Assembly (NCBI GenBank): GCA_963747225.1
Contig: CAVVES010000026.1
Span: forward strand, 72,449 to 96,448
Length of the DNA stretch: 24,000 nt
Direction of reading: 5' to 3'
Origin: an uncultured beta proteobacterium
Lineage (GTDB): Bacteria; Pseudomonadota; Gammaproteobacteria; Burkholderiales; JAEUMW01
Shown here: positions 17,595 through 24,000 of the stretch, in pieces
Numbering within the stretch: the stretch's first letter is position 1
Layout of the letters: each line of letters opens with the position of its first letter
Translations under genes and position numbers: made by a program
Notes under the pieces: generated by a model
What the model saw: the letters and a program-made list of their open reading frames with translations, nothing else
Databases searched by the model: none
Told to the model about the DNA's origin: nothing

Positions 17595-18321
17595 ATGCAT
17601 AACGACGACCGGCTTCGCGGGTGGATCTTCACGCGCCGCGAAGCGTTGAAGCTTCTTGCCGCGAGCGGCACCTGGGCGTTGACCGGCTACTCGTTCCGGA
17701 GTGAGTCAGCGGTGCGAACGGGCACGTGCGTGGTGCGGCCCGAGTTGACGGAAGGGCCGTACTTCGTCGACAACGAGCTGCAGAGATCCGACATCCGTTC
17801 CGACCCTTCCGACGGGAGCGTCGCGCCCGGTGTGCCGCTGCAGCTGACCGTGAATCTGGCGCGCCTTGATTCGAGCGCTTGCGTTCCTCTTGCCGGCGCA
17901 AGGGTCGACGTTCTGGCATTGCGACGCACGGGGACTGTATTCGGGCGTGCGCGACCCGCACTTCGACACGGCCGGAAAGAAATTCCTCCGGGGTTACCAG
18001 GTGACTGATGCCGACGGCAAGGTCTCGTTCACCACGATCTATCCGGGCTGGTACCCGGGCCGCGCCGTGCACGTGCACTTCAAGGTCAGGTCGACCGCCG
18101 GCGCGCGGTCGATGCACGAGCTCACCTCCCAGTGGTTCTTCGATGAAAGCCTGACGGACGAAGTGCACTCCCGACCTCCGTATGCAGCGCAAGGTCGGAG
18201 ACGTACTCTGAACGAGCGGGACGGCATCTTCAGGGACGGCGGATCGCAGCTCATACTGGCCGTGGTGCCGGTGGCTTCCGGCTACGCGGCGACCTTCGAT
18301 ATCGCATTTCAGACGGGGTAG
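17595..18321 (+). pseudogene. intradiol ring-cleavage dioxygenase-like protein with Tat-like signal, split by one apparent extra base
   Basis: Frame A: RREALKLLAASGTWALTG...RPELTEGPYFVDNELQRSDIRSD...CVPLAGARVDV; frame B: WHCDARGLYSGVRDPHFDTAGKKFLRGYQVTDADGKVSFTTIYPGWYPGRAVHVHFKV. The frames join exactly if one base is removed near 17911-17914 (GAC GTT(C)TGG CAT). Confidence 0.82.
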
Positions 18322-18373
18322 ACCAGCCCGGATCGAAGGCAGGGAGAAAGGACCGGCGGAAGTCCCGATAAGG

Positions 18374-18826
18374 TCAGGGTTTCTTGCCGCGCACCAGCAG
18401 TACCGGGCAGGTCGCGCTATGCACCACGCCTTGGGCCACGCTACCCAGCAATGGATGGTGGAGACCTCGGTGTCCGTGGGTCCCCATTACGATCAAATCA
18501 GCCGGCCACGCATTCGCTTCCTTCACGATCAGGTCGGTCATCCGCGCATCAAATGAGGTGACTTGTACCAGTTTCGTTTCCGCCTCACCACCAGCATTGC
18601 GGACTACCGCCAGTGCATGTTCCAGTATTTTCACGCCGGACTCCTTTAAGGCTTCTTGGATGCCACTGAGGTCACCTACCTCGGAAACAAACTTCACGGT
18701 GACCAAGTCGACAACGTGAACGATTCGAAGACGAGACCCCAACTCCTTGGCCAGCTTCACCGCTTCAAGCAAAGCGGAATTGGAGATGTCGCTGCCATCC
18801 ACTGCTACCTGAATTTGTCTGTACAT
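18374..18826 (-). CDS. universal stress protein (UspA family)
   Basis: MYRQIQVAVDGSDISNSALLEAVKLAKELGSRLRIVHVVD...ADLIVMGTHGHRGLHHPLLGSVAQGVVHSATCPVLLVR (GxxGHRG-type ATP-binding motif). Confidence 0.94.
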   Translation of the reverse strand: MYRQIQVAVDGSDISNSALLEAVKLAKELGSRLRIVHVVDLVTVKFVSEVGDLSGIQEALKESGVKILEHALAVVRNAGGEAETKLVQVTSFDARMTDLIVKEANAWPADLIVMGTHGHRGLHHPLLGSVAQGVVHSATCPVLLVRGKKP

Positions 18827-19344
18827 GACCTCCCTCCCTCGCGTTAACCTGTCTGTCTCCACAACCTAGCCTGAGTCCAACAGCCCCAGCATCAGTTGGC
18901 CGCCTCCGTGAGCCTTGTGTTGCCGTGTGCTAGCACAACGATATGGTGACAGAGCTCACCGACGTTCATCGCTTCCTCGCTTTCAATTCGATCCATACAA
19001 TACGAATCCGCCTCGCAGCAGGGGTTGCAATCGCCGCAACTTACTCCTTCTCCGAGCACCGGAATTTGACGCTCGTCAAATCAAGCGATGATCGCTTCGG
19101 GGGTCTCGGTGCGACGCACCCCAAGGAAGCTCCGGCCAGTAGGGCACCAAGCGATGAAACTCACTCTGACGCTGGCCTCTTCTTGCTGCAGCGCAAGCTA
19201 ACGGGGGCGGGGCAGGGGGCTTCGGCTTCCTCAGGGCTCTCGGCCACCGCATGAGAGGATTCCCCGCCCTTGCACTCCTGTCCTGGAGGACCGCCATGGG
19301 TCTCGATTTGATCCAGATATTAGGCGATCGATCTTTGCAGCGAT

Positions 19345-19358
19345 TTGACAGAGATCAA
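19345..19358. promoter_or_regulatory. FNR/Anr-like palindromic box
   Basis: TTGAC-AGAG-ATCAA, one mismatch to TTGAT-N4-ATCAA. Confidence 0.3.
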
Positions 19359-19372
19359 AGGTGAAAGCCCTC

Positions 19373-19636
19373 TTATTGACTTAGCTCAATGCCGTATCCG
19401 GACCGAAGCGTATCTTGGTTTTCACGCGTAACCAAGAGGCGAGCCAGCGCCGCGCGTTTGCCGCTTTCAACATCGATGGTCAACGAGCCGGCATGGTCGA
19501 ACCATATGTCCATCTCGCTTATGCGCCACGAGGTGCGGGGCTCCTTTGCGCGCTCTTCTGGTTCGCGCAGAACGACGATATATATACGGTTGGTATACGG
19601 GCGCAAGAGCCCACGAATTCCTGGCAGCTTCTTCAT
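19373..19636 (-). CDS. small hypothetical ORF
   Basis: MKKLPGIRGLLRPYTNRIYIVVLREPEERAKEPRTSWRISEMDIWFDHAGSLTIDVESGKRAALARLLV... protein-like composition, no recognised family; overlaps plus-strand ORFs. Confidence 0.35.
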   Translation of the reverse strand: MKKLPGIRGLLRPYTNRIYIVVLREPEERAKEPRTSWRISEMDIWFDHAGSLTIDVESGKRAALARLLVTRENQDTLRSGYGIELSQ

Positions 19637-20071
19637 GCTCGAGCACTACTACTCGACCAACCAGACGGTGTGCTACCGCTCCGCGTAGGACGATGTCTAT
19701 GGCGACTGGCTGGTCGCCACGCCCGAGTGCGAAATCCAAAATTGCTCCGCTAATTCCCGTGCCCGACCTACCGTGCCACCAACTCGAGCGGTTGCAGGAC
19801 GCGTTCATTCACGAGGGGCTAGCCTATGAGTACGATCCGGAGCGCGAACAGGAGGCTGAGGCGTTGCGCTCCTCAGGGTACCCTGTGCTCGCCGTTAACA
19901 TCAGGGCGTCCAAGCTGAACAAGCTTGTGACTGGCGCGCCGATTTACACGTACAGCACGCCCGGCGCGGATATTCGGCTGGTCAACTTCCTCGCGCAGCG
20001 CTGGCCACTGGATTACATGCCGGACTGACGTGTGGGCTGATTGACTCTAACGCGTGATTGGGAGCGGCAAT

Positions 20072-21736
20072 ATGGTTGATAGTTGGAGCGTGGATCGGCG
20101 AGCCTTACTTGCTCTTAGCGCCTGCGTTGCCGCTCAGCTTCTGTTCGTCCTCGCATTCGATCCATTCCCGGGGGAGGACACGGCCACGCATCTCGTGTCC
20201 GCGAAGGGCCTGTCAGACTTCGTCGCCGGCAGCTCGATCACCGCTTCCCGTGTTCTGGAATGGAACTTCGTCCCGGTTCCCAATCTGCTTCCCGAACTGG
20301 TCCTCGCGGCCGTAATGCGAGTAATCGGCCCCCATTGGGCGGAGCGCCTCATCGTGCTCGGGTATGTCGCGCTGCTGCCCTTTGCCGCCGTCTGGGCAAT
20401 CCGTCAGGTGCGCCCAGGCGCGACGCCCCTCGCTTTCCTGGTGCTTGCGCTGACGTTCAACGTACCTTTTCTGTGGGGGTTCCTGAATTTCAGCTATTCG
20501 ATCGTCGGCTTCCTCGTCGTCGGGGGCTTGCTCCTGCGTTGGCAGGGGCAGCTCGATTCCAGACGCACGGCGCTGCTCGCGTTCGCGCTGGTGCTCGTAT
20601 TCTTCACACATTTGGTCGGTTACCTGGAAGCCGGGCTCCTCGCCGCGTGCATGCTCTGCGCGGCTTCCCTGGCCAGCGAACGCCGCTCCATCGCATTTAT
20701 GCGTGCCATCGCCGCCCTGGCACCGGCAGCCGTTCTGACGCTGATCTTCCTGGTCTCGACGCACTCCGCGCCGGCGGTTGTCTCGTTCGATCCGCTGGGG
20801 AAGCTGAAGGATCTGCTGCTGCTGACGGGGAGCATCGCCACCTACGACAGGTTCGAGAAACTGCCCTGCGCCGCAGCCGCGCTCGCGGTATGGGGCCTCG
20901 TGCTGCTTGCGCTCGTCCGCAGCCGCGGGAGGTGGATCGCCCGTCCGATTCCGGCAGGAGTTGCCGCATTTGTGCTTCTGTCGTCGTTCGTAGCCCTGTT
21001 CGCTCCCGATGAAATCCGGACGGGAGGCACGCTTGGCTCGATCCGGTACATGCTGTTTCCGGTGCTCGGCGCAATCCTCTGGCTTGCCTGCCAGAAACTG
21101 CCATCCCGTGCTTTGTTCGCGGCCTGCACCGTCGCGGTGGGCGCAGCAGCGACTCTTGCGGCGATACGCTACGACGAGCTGCGCGCAATCGAGGCCGCGG
21201 TGCAGGATCTCGATTCCCTCGAGGCGTGCCTGGCGGCCGGATCAACCGTGGTTCAAGCCAATCTGCGCCGCGTCCACTTCGGCTCGCTCGGACGCTTTTC
21301 CCAACTGGCAGCGGAAGCAGGGCGGCTGACCGTCGTCCGAGAAAGCTTCAATCTTGGCACCGTCGACTGGGCGGTGCCGTTCGGTCTGCTCAAGTTCCGG
21401 AAAGAGACGAATCCCTATACACACCTCGTGCAGCCGGGGCACCGATACTTCTCGGTGGAAGCCGCGCCGCCGCCGTTCGATCTCGAAAACTTCGAGCATT
21501 CCACGGGAGTTCCGCTGGACTATGTTCTCGTGTTCGGACGCTCGCTGCCGCAGGGCTCAACGGAAACACCGCCCTGGAACATGTCCGCGGAGCAGATCAC
21601 CTTTGCGCGGAATCGCTTCGACGCGAGCCTCAAGGATCGCTATACGCTGGTGAGGACGTCGCCCCGCGGAATCTGGGCGCTCTGGGCGAACCGGGCCTCC
21701 GCGCGCGATGTTAGGACGCCTTCCTGTCAGGGTTGA
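20072..21736 (+). CDS. large polytopic membrane protein of unknown function
   Basis: Many hydrophobic helices; MVDSWSVDRRALLALSACVAAQLLFVLAFDPFPGEDTATHLVSAKGL...; an in-frame GTG lies at 20054. Confidence 0.8.
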   Translation: MVDSWSVDRRALLALSACVAAQLLFVLAFDPFPGEDTATHLVSAKGLSDFVAGSSITASRVLEWNFVPVPNLLPELVLAAVMRVIGPHWAERLIVLGYVALLPFAAVWAIRQVRPGATPLAFLVLALTFNVPFLWGFLNFSYSIVGFLVVGGLLLRWQGQLDSRRTALLAFALVLVFFTHLVGYLEAGLLAACMLCAASLASERRSIAFMRAIAALAPAAVLTLIFLVSTHSAPAVVSFDPLGKLKDLLLLTGSIATYDRFEKLPCAAAALAVWGLVLLALVRSRGRWIARPIPAGVAAFVLLSSFVALFAPDEIRTGGTLGSIRYMLFPVLGAILWLACQKLPSRALFAACTVAVGAAATLAAIRYDELRAIEAAVQDLDSLEACLAAGSTVVQANLRRVHFGSLGRFSQLAAEAGRLTVVRESFNLGTVDWAVPFGLLKFRKETNPYTHLVQPGHRYFSVEAAPPPFDLENFEHSTGVPLDYVLVFGRSLPQGSTETPPWNMSAEQITFARNRFDASLKDRYTLVRTSPRGIWALWANRASARDVRTPSCQG

Positions 21737-21752
21737 ATGCGGCCAAATCCTG

Positions 21753-22187
21753 CTAGCGTCGCGGAGCGCGCAGCTTGGCGGAGCAGGCGAAATCGAGCGC
21801 GGAATCGCCGAGCAGCCCCGGCACCATGTAACTGAACGTCACGCTTTTTGGTTCGGCAATGATCTTCCCGACCGTCTCGCCATTGACGTCGTAAAAGATC
21901 GCCTGCAGTTCCGCCGATGTGCGCGCCTTGCAGTCGTAGCTCGTGAGATAGCGGGCCGTCCGAAACGGCTTGTGCACGCTGGTGAGTGGGGGTGGCGAGC
22001 GGTCCTCCGAATACTCCCACTTCTCCCAGGCGCGCCGGAAACCGTCCTTCACGGCGATACTGTCGGCGTCGACGTGGACGACGACCTTCTCGGTCTGGCC
22101 CACGACGGTCCAGCGCTCCGCCGCCGCGATGCCATGCACGCCGCACACTCCCACGAACGCGAAAAACAGACGATGGACGATTTTCAT
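21753..22187 (-). CDS. small secreted protein resembling the surface-adhesin protein E-like family
   Basis: Signal peptide MKIVHRLFFAFVGVCGVHGIAAA then ERWTVVGQTEKVVVHVDADSIAVKDGFRRAWEKWEYSE...SYDCKARTSAELQAIFYDVNGETVG. Confidence 0.7.
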   Translation of the reverse strand: MKIVHRLFFAFVGVCGVHGIAAAERWTVVGQTEKVVVHVDADSIAVKDGFRRAWEKWEYSEDRSPPPLTSVHKPFRTARYLTSYDCKARTSAELQAIFYDVNGETVGKIIAEPKSVTFSYMVPGLLGDSALDFACSAKLRAPRR

Positions 22188-22193
22188 GCCTTG

Positions 22194-22577
22194 TCAGCGC
22201 TTGCGAGTCGATGTGGTCGAACAGGGAAAGAGCGGTTGCACCGCTTTGACGACCAGGGCATCGGGCGCCATGTGCAGCTGCTTCGGGTGCTCGCGCAGGT
22301 ATCTTGCGGTCGCGGCGCTCATCTGATCGCGAACGCCGCGCGCGGATGGCAGGCAGATGCTGCGTGAGGCGAGCGCTGCCCCTTCGACATAGCCTATGAA
22401 GTAGTTTACCTGCCGCTCCTCGTACTCGGACGAGAAACGCCCGTCCCGCACCGAGGCCTCGTACAGCTTTCCCAACCGCGCCAGGTCCTTGCCGGTGAAA
22501 TCCTGCGCCCGGGCGAGCGCCCTTGCCGGGTCGGCCGCCGCGACGACGGCGCTGAGCGCGAGGAGGAGAAGCTTCAT
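22194..22577 (-). CDS. Rap1a/Tai-like small periplasmic protein
   Basis: Signal peptide MKLLLLALSAVVAAADPARALA; YFIGYVEGAALASRSICLPSARGVRDQMSAATARYLREHPKQLHMAPDALVVKAVQPLFPC matches the Rap1a/Tai family pattern (GYVxG, C...YLxxHPxxLH, FPC). Confidence 0.72.
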   Translation of the reverse strand: MKLLLLALSAVVAAADPARALARAQDFTGKDLARLGKLYEASVRDGRFSSEYEERQVNYFIGYVEGAALASRSICLPSARGVRDQMSAATARYLREHPKQLHMAPDALVVKAVQPLFPCSTTSTRKR

Positions 22578-22911
22578 CGGGTCCTTGAGGTGCGAGCGGC
22601 TATCGGTCGGGCTGGGCATCATTCGACCCATGCCTGCGTCACGGCCGCGAGTGTAACCGCTTTGGAGCGCGACGTTCAGGGAGACGGTCGAGTGGTGTTG
22701 TTGTCAGGAAGGGCGTGAAATCCTCGCACATAGCCTGCGAGGGAGCAAAGCAGGTCGTCGAAGCACTTGGTAGCTCTGACATGACCGGATTCAGGCGTGG
22801 CGGCTGGGCGCGGGGTGCTCTAACATCGCTTCTTGTGTTCGGACACGGTGGGCCATATGCCGAATTGAGACGACCCGCCCCGCAGCCCACGCCGACTCCG
22901 GAGGAACATTC

Positions 22912-23295
22912 ATGTGGCGCTTCCTGTTTTTCCGTCATATCGAAGCTATTTCCCGTGCGGCTCTCGCCCTTGCGCTCGGCCTGCTCATCCTTTCCGGCTG
23001 CACGGTCTACCAGACGGCGCCCGGCGTCTACGCCCCCGCGCCTCCAAGCGCCTTCGACCGTGCCTGGGAGGCTGCGCGCGGCGCGGCGTACGACGAGGGC
23101 GTCACCGTGACCTCGGAGGACCGTTCGCGGGGCGTGATCGTGGGCCGGAAGGGCGCTTTCGACGTGACTCTGAGCCTCGTCACCCAGGCCGATGGCAGCG
23201 TGCGGGTGAGCATCAAGACGCGCGGTCCTGAAGCGCAGGACCCCGCGCTCAACCAGCGGCTCACGGCCGCATACAATCGCCGCATGGGTCAGTAG
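22912..23295 (+). CDS. DUF3568-like small lipoprotein
   Basis: Lipobox LLILSGC then TVYQTAPGVYAPAPPSAFDRAWEAARGAAYDEGVTVTSEDRSRGVIVGRKGAFDVTLSLVTQADGSVRVSIKTRG. Confidence 0.75.
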   Translation: MWRFLFFRHIEAISRAALALALGLLILSGCTVYQTAPGVYAPAPPSAFDRAWEAARGAAYDEGVTVTSEDRSRGVIVGRKGAFDVTLSLVTQADGSVRVSIKTRGPEAQDPALNQRLTAAYNRRMGQ

Positions 23296-23296
23296 G

Positions 23297-24000
23297 ATGT
23301 CGTCTCGGCGCCCGTCGTCGAGCAGAACGGTCGCGGCGGTCCTCGCCTTCGTGGCGGTTATCGCGGTGGGCGGGTGCGACAGCGGCGTGCACTATCCCGT
23401 CAACCCGCCCCTGGCGCGACACGATCCCGGGTACGGTCACAGGTTCGAAAACAGCCGGGTGCGTCCGGGCCAGTCCGCGGACGTTCTCGTCGTGTTGCTG
23501 ATTTCCGGAGGAGGTACCCGGGCGGCGGCGCTCGCGTACGGCGCGCTCGAAGCCCTTCGCGATACCCGCGTCGTCGTGGGCGGCAAGCAGGAGACTCTGC
23601 TGGAGGAGGTCGATTACATCAGCGCGGTCTCCGGGGGCAGCGCGGTGGCGGCTTACTACGGCCTTTACCGCGACCGGCTTTTTCACGATTTCGGCGATCG
23701 CTTCCTCTACCGCGACGTGCAAGGTGAACTCAAGTCGAGGCTTGCTCGGAACGCCTGGCGCATCGCGTTCGCCCGCTACGGTCGCGGCGACTTGCTGGGG
23801 GACTATCTGAACGAGCAGATCTTCGACGGCGCGACCTTTCTGGACCTCGCGCGCAATCCCCAGCCCTTCGTCGTCATCAGCGCCACCGACATGTCTCTCG
23901 GCGCCCAGTTTCCGTTCTCGCAGGAGCGCTTCGACCTGATGTGCTCGGATCTCGGCAAGGTATCCGTCGCCAGGGCTGTGGCGGCGTCCATGGCGCTGCC
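23297..24000 (+). CDS. patatin-like phospholipase family lipoprotein, truncated by the window edge (not in the ORF track)
   Basis: Manual translation from ATG 23297: MSSRRPSSSRTVAAVLAFVAVIAVGGCDSGVHYPVNPPL...VVLLISGGGTRAAALAYGALEALRD...VDYISAVSGGSAVAAYYGLYRDRLF..., open to the window edge. Confidence 0.9.
   Translation, partial: MSSRRPSSSRTVAAVLAFVAVIAVGGCDSGVHYPVNPPLARHDPGYGHRFENSRVRPGQSADVLVVLLISGGGTRAAALAYGALEALRDTRVVVGGKQETLLEEVDYISAVSGGSAVAAYYGLYRDRLFHDFGDRFLYRDVQGELKSRLARNAWRIAFARYGRGDLLGDYLNEQIFDGATFLDLARNPQPFVVISATDMSLGAQFPFSQERFDLMCSDLGKVSVARAVAASMAL

Noticed and set aside
18943-19254. 103-aa ORF
   Set aside because: Mixed composition, no family resemblance, no convincing ribosome-binding site.
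1-24000. CRISPR arrays, prophage, toxin-antitoxin, retron or classical defence loci
   Set aside because: No regularly spaced identical repeats, no Cas, integrase, transposase, reverse transcriptase or structural phage gene pattern found; the argF-side repeats are too few and divergent for CRISPR.

Overview
This is a GC-rich, gammaproteobacterial-looking chromosomal window made up mostly of housekeeping and metabolic genes. Left to right it holds: the 3' end of a probable NAD-glutamate dehydrogenase (+); a minus-strand arginine block (Orn/Lys/Arg decarboxylase, argD, argF, argG); an NfeD-like ClpP-class protease plus slipin/SPFH operon (+); a small, partly decayed accessory patch at 9.1-11.9 kb with a frameshifted YCII gene and a cold-shock/excalibur protein; a Zn-alcohol dehydrogenase; htpX; a GFA-family gene; a TctC/Bug-type remnant; an SRPBCC gene; a secreted PHA-depolymerase-like esterase with an FN3-like region; a frameshifted intradiol dioxygenase; a universal stress protein; a large polytopic membrane protein; two small secreted proteins, one Rap1a/Tai-like; a DUF3568-like lipoprotein; and a patatin-like lipoprotein running off the right edge. 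I see no CRISPR array, transposase, integrase, tRNA or rRNA. The most interesting signal is between argG and argF (about 2105-2550): at least two, probably three, displaced copies of the argF 3' end. They preserve the ArgF C-terminal peptide through mostly synonymous codon changes, and each is preceded by a shared GTTAAGCG-type box and an inverted repeat. This looks like scars of serial integration at the argF 3' end rather than simple tandem duplication. A second candidate is an Arg-rich in-frame leader plus a terminator-like hairpin just upstream of the decarboxylase. Several single-base frameshifts in otherwise conserved genes need checking against reads before being called pseudogenes.
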